From: Eledone cirrhosa
Taxonomy: Eukaryota
Direction: 5' to 3'
Assembly (NCBI GenBank): GCA_964016885.1
Contig: OZ024742.1
Coordinates: forward strand, 276,334,001-276,398,000
Length of the DNA stretch: 64,000 bases
Notes under the pieces: generated by a model
Told to the model about the DNA's origin: nothing
The model's database searches: none
Seen by the model: only the letters and a program-made list of their open reading frames with translations
In this document: positions 24,671 through 37,415 of the stretch, in pieces
Position numbering within the stretch: the stretch's first letter is position 1
Layout: every line of letters begins with the position of its first letter
Translations under genes and position numbers: made by a program

Positions 24671-24997
24671 CAGTTGTCCCCTGGTATTCGCAGGGGTTAC
24701 ATTCTTAGAGGACCTGCGAAGAGTGAAAAACCCCGAATATTGGATGTGGTCCATAAAAATGCCTATAAACGTCAATACATAACATAAAATATAGCCAGCA
24801 AATACTGTATATTGTTATTAATAATTAAGCATTAAAAAACGTGAAAAAATATATATTGCTACGAAAAAAAACATTAAAAAATCGTGGAAGATATTTGCAA
24901 TTCCACGAATATGCGGTGGATTCCACAAACAATTATTAGTTAGGTTCTAAGGAAAATTCCGCAAATAACCAGGACCGTGAATGCCAGGGGTACACTG
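24671..24997. mobile_element. Tc1/mariner (pogo/Tigger-like) MITE
   Basis: TA|CAGTTGTCCCCTGGTATTCGC...GTGAATGCCAGGGGTACACTG|TA. Further copy at 28910-29251. Confidence 0.75.
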
Positions 24998-25009
24998 TAT
25001 TGTACTTTC

Positions 25010-25390
25010 ATTTGATATACACACAATGTACACATATATACACCAGGTCCGAACACAAAACAACCAAACTCCCACTGTCACTGCCTCTGTCTCCCCCGCT
25101 CTCCCCATCTCTCACTATTATGAGCAAATGGTGGTCCATGCGCTGGCCGCCCTGCTGCCTCAGCGGACAAAATAGAGAAGGTGTTACCTCGGAAGATGGT
25201 GAGAGAGACACACTGGAAGAGTCATTCTAGCTCACGAGGCTCACACCCGCGGGTAGCCAACTCTGAACTAATGGTGGTTAACAGGGAGGTGGCCCTAGAG
25301 CCAAGCACACCACAAGTCTCCACTGCAACAGGCTCGACTGCAAACCTGTCGGAGAACAACCAAACTCTAGACATAGCCTTGTAAGTCTAA
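25010..25390 (-). mobile_element. CRE-clade non-LTR retrotransposon 3' relic (restriction-like endonuclease end)
   Basis: Minus translation approximately FAVEPVAVETCGVLGSRATSLLTTI...EPRE...LFQCVSLTIFRGNTFSIL resembles the CRE C-terminal PVAVETxG...QRGNA pattern. Confidence 0.6.
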
Positions 25391-26547
25391 AGTTACTGTT
25401 TGTATATAAGAAATGAAATTTTACCAATTATATGAAACTATTGCACTATCACATTTAAAAAAACTAATGAATTGATTAAAATTGAAATATATATATTTAT
25501 GTATATTAATAAAGAAAAATTACGAATATTCAAACCTTGAGATACTAATTTCTAATGCATGTAACAAATTTTTTTATGAAATACACTGACATAACTAACC
25601 TTTTTCATTAATAAATTGATGTTTGAAACATTACTTAACAAAAATTTCTTAAATAAAATTATGATGGAATATTTTAATATAAGTATGAATATTTTAGAAT
25701 AAGCAGGATGGTTTCAGGCAGGTTGGTATCAAAAGGGTTAATGAGGCAACAGAAATGATAGAACATTAGACTAAATGCTTTAAAGTATTTAGTTTCAATC
25801 CTCTATAGTCTGTGCAAATCCCACAACTTTGCTTTTTATCCTTAAAGGTTACTAAAATTATCAGTAATATGTTATTTAGAACAACTATACATTTTTGCAT
25901 GCAAATTTGGCTTGCTATCTAGTTAAAAGACAGTAATATCTAAAGCAGTGGATTCTTTTGTATGTGTATACATGTGTGCAAATACATGCATGTATGTATA
26001 CACATTTACCTGTTATGTACAACAACTATATAAAATGATAGTTTCATGTTCATACTCATTGAAGAACCAAGCTAAAAAGTCTAGATTGTTTTTAAAATTA
26101 TTTAATTTTCCAAGTCTATATACAGCTAAAGGCAGTTGTAATAGCTACATTTATATCTACACGCAAATCTGCAGCATTAAATTAAAATATAGACTTGAAT
26201 TGTTAATGCGATACAGTCATAATGCTGTTTTGTAAGTTTTCAAGATTGTATTGCAAATAAAAAATACAGGATATTAAAAGATAACTGTATCATTACCAAA
26301 CCGCCTGAAATCGGATTTGTTCCTATGATATAAAACTATTCATTTTAAAGTCTTTCCATCCTAATTATATATAAAAACTTTGTTAAGTTATGTTCCAAAC
26401 GTCAGTCCCTCCAAATTTTATTTTATTTTTTCAAAATTATTTGAAAATCATAGTGTCTTTCATTAGAAATATAGTAAAAAAAAAAAAAAAGGGTTAACCA
26501 GAAAACTAGCCATCAGAAATACAGACTTAAAAACAAAGTGCAATTAG

Positions 26548-26734
26548 CCCTTTAACATTTAAACTGACCATATCTGACCAGAGTTCTCTCAGCTCTTTCT
26601 GTTCAAACCAGATGTAACTGGCCACTCATACTAATGTTAAGGTATTGTTCTCAAAATAAATAATATCAAAATCTCAGATTCGATATCATGAAAATATAAT
26701 AGTATATATAGAGTAATATAAATGTTAAAAAGGG
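26548..26734. mobile_element. piggyBac-type MITE (second family)
   Basis: CCCTTTAACATTT...AATGTTAAAAAGGG|TTAA. Confidence 0.7.
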
Positions 26735-27299
26735 TTAAGGTAATTCATTTCTTCGTAGATATAACTTATCTATTTACAAAAGGAATATCAATCAACTTAA
26801 CCACAAATTGTGGTTAATTTATAGAGAAGAGCATCAGCCAACCATAAAAATATTTTCACAATAATCCCTACAATTACAGGCAGCAGACTAAAACTGCCAA
26901 TAAATTCTTGTGGCTGTCATACCACAAAACTTCTAGTCCCAACAGAAATCCATATTATGGTCCAAAATCAACTGGACTTGTCAGCATTCAAACAAAAAGC
27001 AGGGGTCAGCCATGCCAGCCCTATGACAGATTTCATATTCATCATGAGGTCCTTTTTAAGGCAATGTTTTACAGCCAGATGGATGTCCTGGCATCAATCC
27101 TTTTAGTCACCTCTTACATGCTGTACCTATTCTAAACTGAATACACACAGAATTCAGCATTAAAATTAATCTCATTATGTGAGGCATTGTTATTAATAAC
27201 ACTAAAATGTTTCAAACTATTAACCTTGTCTTTAGGAATAAAAGATTTGTTTGTTTGGTTTTTGTTTACTTTTAATATTTAAATGTTGAACTACAAAAA

Positions 27300-28402
27300 A
27301 TAATTGTTTCTACTTTAGGCACAAGGCCAGCAATTACCCAGTGCATTACTGGTACTTTATTTTATCGACCCCATAAGGATGAAAGGCAAAGTCAACCTCG
27401 GCGGGATTTGAACTCAGATCGTAAAGGGACGTAACTATGCTGGAAAGCATGGCGTCCGACTCTCTACCGATACTGCCAATTCACCGACACTACAAAAAAT
27501 AAGTTTCTACTTTAGGCACAAGGCCAGCAATTACCCAGTGCATTACTGGTACTTTATTTTATCGACCCCGTAAGGATGAAAGGCAAAGTCAAAAATAATA
27601 ACCTTAAGTTAAGCCTATGTAAAAATCGGGAAGTAGCAGTAAACATGCTATATGAAAATGAATCTTATTATCGGGTGAATTGGCAGTATCGGTAGAGGGT
27701 CGGACGCCATGCTTTGACGCATAGAGTACGGCCCTTGCCATTCTGAGTTCAAATCCCGCCGAGGTTAACTTTGCCTTTCATCCTTACGGGGTCGATAAAA
27801 TAAAGTACCAGTAATGTACTGTGTAATTGCTGGCCTTGTGCCACTAGTAGAAACAATTATTATAAAAGGGCGGTGGATTGGCAGTTCGGTAGAGCGTCGG
27901 ACAAAATGCTTTGCGGCATAGAGTTATGGCCCTTTACGTTCTCCGTTCAAATCCCACCAAGGTTACCTTTGCCTTTCATCCTTACGGGATCGATACCAGT
28001 AACGTACTGGGGTTAAGTTACGGCCCTTTATGTTCTGAGTTTAAATCCCGCCAAGGTTAGCTTTGCCTTTCATCCTTACGGGGTTGATAAAATAAAGTAC
28101 CAGTAATGTACTGAGTAATTGCCAGTTACGCACTGGGGACGATTTAATCAACTCCCCCCACCCACCCCAAAAATTGCAGGCCTATAGTAGAAATTATATT
28201 TCAATCAAGGGTGGTGGTTTGGCAGTATCGGTAGAGGGTCGGACAACATGCTTTGTAGTACAGAGTTACGCCCCTTTCTGATCCGAGTTCAAATCCTGCC
28301 GAGGTTAACTTTGCCTTTCATCCTTTCGGGGCCGATAAAATAAAGTACCAGTAATGTACTGGGTATTTGCTGGCCTTGTGCCAAAAAGTAGAAACAATTA
28401 TT
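27300..28402. mobile_element. cluster of about six tRNA-derived SINE copies (two minus, then about four plus)
   Basis: A-box-like TGGCAGTATCGG and B-box GAGTTCAAATCC, followed by CTTTGCCTTTCATCCTTACGGGGTCGATAAAATAAAGTACCAG. Other copies at about 33930-34100, 38450-38660, 48745-48935 and 57858-58050. Confidence 0.85.
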
Positions 28403-28909
28403 ATATTTCAATCATGAGATTTCCAACAGTTCAAAAAGAAACATTAATGAATCAGTACAACGCTTAAAACGAACTAATTTGAAACATAAACAAGTCCAAC
28501 AGCTTTATTTATAGCGTTTACAGTTTTCTGTTTATATTCAAGAGAAAATATTTCAAATATGCTTATACACGTGTAAGCCAATGGGATTGTGTATATGCAT
28601 ATGTGTGAACTTACTTGTAAATGCATACATATGGGCATTAGCATGGTTTTGTTGTTAAGAAGTTCACTTTGCAATCATGCTGTTTTGAATTCAATCCCAC
28701 TGAGTGGCAATTCAGACAAGTGACTTTTACTATTGCCTCGGATCAACCAAATCTTGTAAGCGAAATTTAATAGATAGAAACCGTGCAGAATCCATTGGAT
28801 TGATGGAGGTGTGCGTGTGAATTTTTTATATATAGTCCAACCCATGCAAACATGGAAAAATGGACATATGGTAATGGTGATAATGAATATACATATATGG
28901 GTGCATATA

Positions 28910-29251
28910 CAGTGCAACCCCGGCATTCGCGGAATTTTCCATAGAACCTAACTAATAATTGTTCGTGGAAACCATCGCATATTCACGGAATCGAAATATC
29001 TTCTGCGATATTTTATGGCTTTTTTTTTCGTGGCAATATATATCTATTTTTTAAAGCTAAACTATCAATAACAATATACCGTATTTGCCGGCCTATTGGA
29101 CGCCCCTTTGCATAAGACGCAATTTGTTTGTTATATTTACGTCATATTACGTTTATAGGCATGTTTAGAGACCACGTCCAATATTCGCAGTTTTTCACTC
29201 TTCGCGGATGCTCTAGGGAACATAACCCCCGCGAATACCAGTGGACAACTA
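28910..29251. mobile_element. Tc1/mariner (pogo/Tigger-like) MITE
   Basis: Reverse-orientation homologue of 24671-24997; TA flanks. Confidence 0.7.
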
Positions 29252-29929
29252 TATATATATAAGCACATATAAATAGGCATATGTATGTATATAAATATAC
29301 ACACACACATATATGTCATGAAACCAGCCAAACTTTTGTATTGCAGACTGTCAGATAATTTGAATTACAAAGCTCTAAGAGCCTGGTTCCTTCCTCTTCA
29401 TTTCTTACCCCAAAGCCATAGCCTCCATACACACCTTGGAATCCATTCTGGTGCTTCCCAGCATGTCTGTTAAAATCGCCAAACACAACAATGGGGTTTT
29501 CTATTGTTCAGTGATGAAGTAAACTGCAGAAGGGTCTCATAAAAGCAGTCCTTCTGTTCATCTGCTAATTGTGACTGCTGTGTGCTGTGCTATGTAAAAA
29601 CAATCATCACTGTTGTATTGCCCATAACCAACCTGAGCTTAAGTATCTTATCACATACACTGGTTACCTACCTCAGTAACCTTGCCTATCCATTTCTTTT
29701 CCAGTAACCTTGTCTATCCATTTCTTTTCCAGTAATATGCCTACACCTCCCACCCCAAAGTTGTTACCTACCCAGAAAAATATGTATCCTTCTCTCTTTC
29801 CTATGAGGAATCTGGTTGAAGCACTTTTCTATATGTATGTGTGAAGAAAAGAAGGTAGATTGTGTAGAGGAAAATGCAAAGGAGTTATATGCACTAAGAT
29901 GACCCAATTGCTAAGAAGTTGTTGACAGC

Positions 29930-30470
29930 TTTTGTTACCTAGGTGACCTAATCGACTGTTGGGAGGTTGCTCTGAAAGTCTAATAATAAGAGTAAGAACA
30001 GGAAGAATTTTAGAGTTTCTTTCTCAGTGAGACAGGTAGACAGCATGATATCTGCAAATGAACTGCAATGCTACATATGGGCCAGATATGGGCCTTTCCT
30101 GCAGAATACCTGCAAAAGCTAAAAAAAGGAAGCATGTATGGTGGTTTGTGTAACATTAGTGTGCAGGAACAATATATTATGAGCTGAGAGATAAACTGGG
30201 CATACAAAGAATTGAATGTAGTATGCAAGAGAGAAGACTGAATTAATATGGACATATGATAAATATGGAAGATGACAGCTGTATAAGGTGGTAGGAATAT
30301 CAGTGGATGGAATCCATGGAAGGGGAAGACTTAGGAAGACATGGGATGAAATAGTGAAGACCAACGTTAAGAAACTGAATCTCATGACAGTGACAGACTT
30401 GAGAAAACATGCATACCAGTATAAAAATGTGAACATGACCTGACCCAAACAAAGGGTCAAGAAGACTTTT
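29930..30470 (+). mobile_element. old RTE LINE 3' relic
   Basis: Decayed YLGDLI, YGHM and GRGRLRKTWDEIV motifs. Confidence 0.7.
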
Positions 30471-30731
30471 CAGTTATGTCAAAAACATGACAACTTCCCT
30501 AGCACTGGTGTCATGATAAAAACTAGTATATGGCTACTAAACAAAGAATACATACAATATTACTGCATGAATACATACCTATTTTTTTACTTATGAGAAT
30601 GTTTAAACAGGTTTCTTACATAGACAGAAGGATATGAGATTACAGTGAAATTCAAGACTGGGCCTCTATGTGACTACTGGACCTGATAGAACCTATATAG
30701 TCAAATCATCCGTTAAACCATACCATATTAA

Positions 30732-30932
30732 CCCTTTAGCATTTAAACTGGCCATATCTGGCCAGAATTCTCTCACCTCTTTCTGTTCAAACCGGTCATA
30801 ACCGGCCACTCATACCGGCGATAAGGTAATGTTCTCAAAAAAAAAAAAAAAAATCTTATAGATTCAATATTATGTGAGATAAAGCTTTTTCTGTGAAAAT
30901 ACAATAGTAAATATAATGTGAATGCTAAAGGG
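30732..30932. mobile_element. piggyBac-type MITE (second family)
   Basis: TTAA|CCCTTTAGCATTT...AATGCTAAAGGG|TTAA. Confidence 0.8.
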
Positions 30933-32397
30933 TTAAAATAGAAAAGGACACAGCTAAAAACATGAGTTGTCATGGCTAGTAAGGTTCAGATCATATACCT
31001 GCTCAATCAAGGTTGACCTGGGGCTAAACAACCAATGTATGATATATCACCCAACATGCAACTGGGTGTAAATGACTAAGCTCGATAAACAGCTGGTTAT
31101 TAGAAATACTGGTCAAAGTATGAGAGGAAGAAGTGGGATGAATAGGGACATATAATAGGATAGGTTATTGAAATGAGCTTGATGAAAATTGTTATCAGAT
31201 ATTAGTGGTAGTTAAGCAAAGATAGGGCCATAAGAGCCTTGTTAGGGGTGAAGATATAACTATCTAAGGAAGGTAATTTTGCAGAACTAATAAAGTGTAG
31301 AAACAGATGGAATTAAGCTGTTCCATGATACCAACTTAAAAAGACGATTATGATAACTGATAATGATGAATCAACAACAGCAGTGATGTCAGTGGCAGTG
31401 AAGAAAGATAAAAAGGTTATCTCTTTTAAAATCTGCTAGTCAGATTTATGTGAGTTGATTAACAGGAAACATATGTATAGAGAGTCCTGTATCCAATTTG
31501 CCAAGCCGTCAGAATCAGCTAACTTGTAAGATTCTATATAAAAGTCAATATCAGTGATAAGACATAAAACAAATCTGATTCACAAAATAATTAATGTGAG
31601 TCTCAGGAAGAAACATTTGAGCAAGTTAGGAATTTGTTCATTTATCCAATAATGCTATGAAAATATAAACATTGAAAAATGTTCATGAATATAAAAGATA
31701 GAACTTTTCAATGAGACTTCATTTCCCTGATCTTTGTAATCAATAGAAAGAGAATGTTTTGTCTATAAAGCTACTTATAATAGACCAATGCTATCCAGTG
31801 GAAAAATTTGTATCATCTGCTTAATACTACAGACACAAGAATTATGTACAAAAAAAAAAGGGTGAGATGTTTTGTTTACCTAATACCATAAAAGCTGGGT
31901 GAGCATATCTTGCCTATTTTGTGTCTTGTTTTATATAAATATGATTTACAAAAGAAACAAATCAATAAAATTAGTCTGAGAAAAAGAAAAACAAAGATGT
32001 GCACATTCAATTACATGCTACAACATGGAATACTGGTACTTATTTCTAAAAAGATTTTAGGCAAACCAAGACACTCAAAACATTGGTACAAGTTCTAATA
32101 AAGCTAAGGTCCTAGAATAAACAAGCATCAACATGAGCATCACCTGATATTTCAGTAAGGTGAGCTGCCAACAATGACAAAAACCTGACAGAGTGGCCCA
32201 ACTTCCCTGAACATCTTGAATGCCCGTGGCTGAAAAATGTAATTTACCAACAAATCACAGTACTTCAGAAGTTTGTTCCATTCAGTTACTGATGCAGTGA
32301 CCTTTGCTTTTGTTGCAGACAATGACATTCCATATGAGGCAGCTACCTCTAGCCAAAAAACAAAGAGTAAGACCTCTTCCCATTGACCCAAAATAAG

Positions 32398-32478
32398 TGG
32401 AAAAAAACTATCAAAATACAAAGATCTCAAAATCAAAATAAACAGGGCTATTAATTATTGGAGCACTAGGTATGATTT
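32398..32478 (+). mobile_element. R4/Dong-like LINE restriction-like endonuclease relic
   Basis: KKLSKYKDLKIKINR...IIGALGMI resembles the EKLSKYKDLEIEI...IIGALG end of R4/Dong elements. Confidence 0.5.
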
Positions 32479-34821
32479 GTGACAAACAGCTGAAAGATTT
32501 TGTTTTGGGACTGGATTCTATTCATGTCCAAAAATGTTCTTTGAATGACAATGTCTGCAAAACCGATTCCTATGCTACTAACATACTCATCTGTCAAAAT
32601 GTGTGTATGAACGTAATAATGCCAAAAGAGTCACATATTAAAGTCTAGAGATATCATTATCCCATTCTTTCAAAGTATATTTCATGGTGCAAAATATATT
32701 TTCCCAGTTTGTTTCTTTGGTGAGTTATTTTTCTTTGAGGGGCCAGTCTCAATCTTTCATCACCATCTTCGATTTAATATATATAGGTTAAACAAGAAAT
32801 GTTCAAAAATGTCTTTTAAAATAGAATTCTGTCTTTGTAATAAGTAAACAAAACAACCGAAACAATTCTTCAATCTATATTTAAATTTGAACGACTTCCG
32901 TCAGTTAGTCACACAATGTGTGTGTTTGTGTGTAAAGAAAAAAACTATAGCAAAACAGTGGCTGACGTTCCAGTGGCTATGCTGTGTGTGGTGTATGTGT
33001 AAATGCATGTGTATTTGTGTGAATGTATGTCTGTGAGTGTGTATTTTTGTAAGTATGTCTGTGTTTGCGCGTTTATATTTATATGCTCATACATATAAAT
33101 GTATGCACATACACACATGCGAGTCAGCATGCTGGAAATTATTCTAGTTCTTCAAAAAATCCACAATTCATACATTCAAACAGGAAGAAATACATAACAT
33201 GTTTTGCAGTATTTTTCATTCAAAATATGGGAACAAAAGAGTTAAATACTCAATGCAAAATTACATATATGTTTATTTTGCCAAACAATGGGTTTGAAGG
33301 ACCCATCAGTTATGTCAAAGACATGACTACCTGTCTTGTGCTGTTGCACTTTATAGACTGTGAGACCATAAGTAAGTGAAATGCAAACCCCTGCTTCAGT
33401 ATTGACTTGCTCTATGTAGAACCGTCCAACTCTTGCTAAAAGGGAAAACAGATGTTAAACAATGATGATGAAACATATTGTATATGGGTCCATATATGCC
33501 TTTATTCTGAATCACGCTGTGTTAGTGCTATCACTAATTATTTTTAAGTAGCTTTTGCAAATTTCCACGGTAGCATATGTATGATTAAAACAAGTGTTTT
33601 TTATAGATAAATACAATTCCTTGCAAATATTCTTTCTCTTTATCATCCATTGATAACATAGTACATGTTAGTGGTGTGAAGTAACATCCCTCACAGGTTT
33701 TGCACATAAGACAATTTGAACCAGCATTGCTAATAGTCATCTCACTGCGGTATGTTCGAATGTTGTCTTTTAGGTCTTTAAGAGTTGCCATTGCACAGAT
33801 TTCACCCACCTCCTATGCGGTTACATCTCATAGAACATCTGTCAAATGTTTTAATTGTAGGGGCCTCAGTCCCAATTAGTCATAATTTTTCCAGAACACA
33901 TAAAGCTGAAACAGATACCACAAAGCATCCTGTTTAATGCTCTAACAATTTTTCCAAATTTACTGCCTTGGACTGGTATTTTATTTACAAGCTCCAAAAG
34001 TTGGAAAGCAAAATTAACTTTGGCAGGATCTGAACTCTGAATGCATAGAGCTAGACGAAATACTGCAAGGCATTTTTTCTAATGATTCCGCCAATTCTCC
34101 ACCTTCAGTAAGAATTGTCATTGCCATAAATTTCTTTCTGAGAAACAAACACCTAAGAAAGTTATTGATCACAATTGCATTTTAACACTTAACACTCGGT
34201 CATGATTTAATAGAAAATATCTAAAAACAAGTTTGTTAATTCAATGTTTATACTATATTTACTAGTGGAAATTTGCAGTAAACTAAATTAAGACCTTAAT
34301 CTATATATCTAAAACAGAGAATGTATGTCTGTCTGTCTGACTCCCTAAAACTCGAGAACCACCCAACCGATTGTTTTCAAATTTTACACATATAATACTT
34401 ATGGTCCCGTGGGTGTTTTGAGAAAAACAATTTCAAATTTTCAATGCCCTAGGGACCGCATTAGGCGATTTAGCGATCTCTCTCTCTGTAATTCTTAGTC
34501 TTTTTTTAGATAGATACATAGATATAACGTTGCGCACTTATATCTGTCTGTATGTCTGGCTGTCTGCATTACGACATTATGACGGTGTGTGTGTGTCATC
34601 ATCATTTTATGTCCGCTTTTCCCTGCTTGCAAGGGTGGGACTTAGTGTGTGTGTATATATATATATACATTTAGTGTGTGTGTGTGTATATATATATATA
34701 TAGTGTGTAACATTTTTCGAAATATTTACTTCTGAGTTCACAGATTGATTTTTTTAGTTTCAGAAGATCCCATTAAGGGTGAAAGCAGCGATTCTTTGCT
34801 TAAACTTTAATCTGTTATTTA

Positions 34822-34853
<32 letters not shown>

Positions 34854-34936
34854 AATTATTCCTAACAAGCTATATCCCAAGGCTCTGATACTATCAACAC
34901 TATAAACACAGAGCTGGCATATCTAAGAACTGACTA

Positions 34937-34992
34937 ACTGCCTGATGAGGTCATAGCCATTCAATGGCTATCATCGAAATATATATAGCAGT
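34937..34992 (+). ncRNA. minimal type-I hammerhead ribozyme motif in a Penelope-like fragment (about 34855-35038)
   Basis: ACTGC CTGATGA GGT c ATAGCCAT tca ATGGCTAT c ATC GAAA T ATAT ATA GCAGT, then AATAAA. Stem I ACTGC/GCAGT; palindromic stem III; AUA triplet. Confidence 0.75.
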
Positions 34993-35165
34993 AAATAAAG
35001 GATTATGAGTTCATGCAATTGACTTATGTTTCGTCACTATATATATATAGATTAAAGTTTAAGCAAAGAATCACTGCTTTCACCCTTCCAAAATATAAAC
35101 AAACGTATTTATTTCACGAGGCTCGATAAGGATAAATATATATCAAATATATAAGAACCCTAGAG

Positions 35166-35343
35166 CAGGGTTTCCCAAACTTTTTCAACCGTGGCACCCT
35201 TTTTGGTTCAGAAACGTTTAAAGGACCCCTAAAGTCTAATACTGTTATATAGTCGTAATATAAATATACTCCTCTACCTTTTTTCATGGAACTCCAGACA
35301 CTCCTCTGCGGAACCCTTAGGTTCCACAGAACCTACTTTGGGA
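35166..35343. mobile_element. hAT-type MITE nested in the Helitron
   Basis: CAGGGTTTCCCAAAC...TTTGGGAA flanked by duplicated CCTAGAG. The empty site is visible in the sister Helitron at about 52573. Confidence 0.65.
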
Positions 35344-35899
35344 ACCTAGAGCAAATCCCGAACAACGCCGGGCCATTCTGCTAGTTATTAATATAATGCA
35401 GTCATAGTGCTGTATTGAACTTTTCAAGAATGTCTTATTAATAATGCTGTTTCATGTGGTTAAAAGAGTTAAAAGAAAAGTATTTGAAATTGCTAGAGAT
35501 AGTGCAGCACTGAATAAAGGAGATTATAAACACAACACTTCAGTTGATGTAAATAAATGTAAATATCTCCTGAAAGCTAACGAGATATTATGAGCTACTA
35601 TTTTGATCAGTTTTATGGCATTTAGTATTAAATTATAGGATGCTGGACTATCTCTTCCCAAGTAAACATCTGGAAATGGTAATTATTTTGGATAGCTAAG
35701 TGAACTTAGTCATGCAAATTGATTAGGGGTACTAACCAAATACAGAATGTTTGCAGTGGGTTACAATTCAAGACCTTTAAGCTGGTGGTTTAATACATAA
35801 TCAATCAGTTATTTTGCTTTTAACTTTCGATCACTACCTGTAACAGCTATTACCTTCAGCTCTCGTACTTGCAAGCAATTGGAAGGAACTCTATCTAAT

Positions 35900-36085
35900 C
35901 ACATGACCTGCTACAAATAGCAGTCAAATCTACCTCAAATTACACCATATCATTTAAAAAATGAGGAACATCGAAAAATGTAGTCCTTGATATACAATGT
36001 TTGAAATGAAGATGCTATGATCATGGCTGAAACATCTTTGATCACAGGTCTACTGAATCAAGGCTGACCTGAAGCTAAATAATAG
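35900..36085 (+). mobile_element. SINE-like interspersed repeat 3' part ((AAC)n tail in other copies)
   Basis: Homologous segments at about 2840-2970 (minus), 30940-31030, 37830-37960 and 57265-57430. Confidence 0.55.
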
Positions 36086-36238
36086 TCCTACTTGCTAATA
36101 ATAACCATTGAAAATACCTTTTCACAAAGACAGAGTAATGGCCTTACTTACTTAGTCAAATTTGAAACTGCTGGATAATAAAGATTCTAAAACACCTCAC
36201 ACGAAAAAAAAGTCTTTAGACCAATATAAGTTACATAC

Positions 36239-36302
36239 CTATTAATTTGTAATATGGGTGCAGCCCCTAGCGTTCTTGTATCAATGCAATTCAACCCTGA
36301 TA
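36239..36302 (-). CDS. tentative second coding exon of the host gene (VSGLNCIDTRTLGAAPILQIN)
   Basis: ctttttAG|TATCAGGG...ATTAATAG|GTATGT, 64 nt. Open in phase 1 after exon 41321-41405 and exits in phase 2, compatible with 511-528. The acceptor tract is short. Confidence 0.35.
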
Positions 36303-37329
36303 CTAAAAAGATTTCCTTGTCCCTATACTAACATCACAAAATACCTATAACCTGGTTTGTGGACATTAGCTGCACCTTTAACCTACTTAGCTTTATAAAG
36401 AATGTCATGAGATATCTAATTCTAATTTGAGAAAACTACTACAGAAAGTGTATACAGCTTAACTAAACTGAGTAACGGATAGAATAAAATACAGCTTAGA
36501 AGAGAGAAAAAAGACACCTCCTTCCCTACATTGGTTTTAGTTTTCCCTTTGGGCAACTGATTGTCTACATTTATAGAGAATATCTAGATTGCAGATGAGG
36601 CTTCAGTCAATATACAATTCTCATGAAACTTCACACTGTGAAGAATTTTACAGGACGTCATTAAAAATCTGGATAAACCTGACCCAGTTACAGCTGCTAC
36701 CCAGATTGCAATTTTCGTCGTCCGGAGTTTTTAATTCATTTGACAAACATCTTATGAGAAGTAACAGAACTTGTTTTACAAGTCTTGTCACTATTGCCGC
36801 TAATATATACAATTTAAAACTGCTTTACGATGGTTGAAGGTACGACCCATCTCAAAGACTGAACTAATGAAACCTATTAGCCAAAAGTAGTGTGTCAAAC
36901 AAAAAATATTTCTTTTAATCACAACAGGTAGCATATTAGAAAGAAAATAGGAATTGTTAGAATAAAAGACAAAAATTTAAGTTTTCAACAAACATGTGTT
37001 GTTTAAAAAAAAATAACATGATACTTTAAAAACATGTTAGTCTCTCAAACAGCATTTTTTTTTTATTTTGCTGTACTTCTTTGTGTCTGTCAATGTAGTT
37101 ATTTTAGTTTTACTCTTTAAAAAACATGAAACTACTTTCTAGTTAAATATACACTAAGATATTTTGTACTTTAAAAGGGAAATTTCATAGTCTCAAATAG
37201 TTTAGTAGAATAACTTTTAACACAGACACTGGGATAACTGTAATACTACTATGAAGAGGAATGACAAGAGAAAAAATTAATATCCTTGGCCAGTTTCTCA
37301 TGTTTAAGTCGTTATTCAAGTCCCTGTGG

Positions 37330-37415
37330 TTTATGGCCGGCCGAATAGACAGCAGCAGGTGGCAGGTTTCAATTAACGTCATTGGTGGGACATATCTAGC
37401 CGCCGTTTTGATAAC
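37330..37415. promoter_or_regulatory. CpG-rich candidate regulatory element (CTCF-like CAGCAGGTGGCAG; CCAAT next to a TGACGT half-CRE on the minus strand)
   Basis: Motifs seen by eye in a locally CpG-retaining region. Confidence 0.3.

Larger units (their letters stand above)
34300..35384 (+). mobile_element. non-autonomous Helitron carrying nested insertions
   Basis: Begins A|TCTATATATCTAAAAC and ends with a CCCGAACAACGCCGGG hairpin then CTAG|T. Sister copy at 51991-52614. Confidence 0.8.

Noticed and set aside
27670-27765. tRNA-like A/B boxes in SINE heads
   Set aside because: No intact cloverleaf, and they continue into SINE bodies, so they are not tRNA genes.
33585-33809. Cys-containing 74-aa ORF
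   Set aside because: Only a vague resemblance to a LINE zinc knuckle; no splice signals; cannot be supported.
36589-36837. 82-aa ORF at the edge of the CpG domain
   Set aside because: Non-ATG start, no homology recognised, no consistent splice sites.
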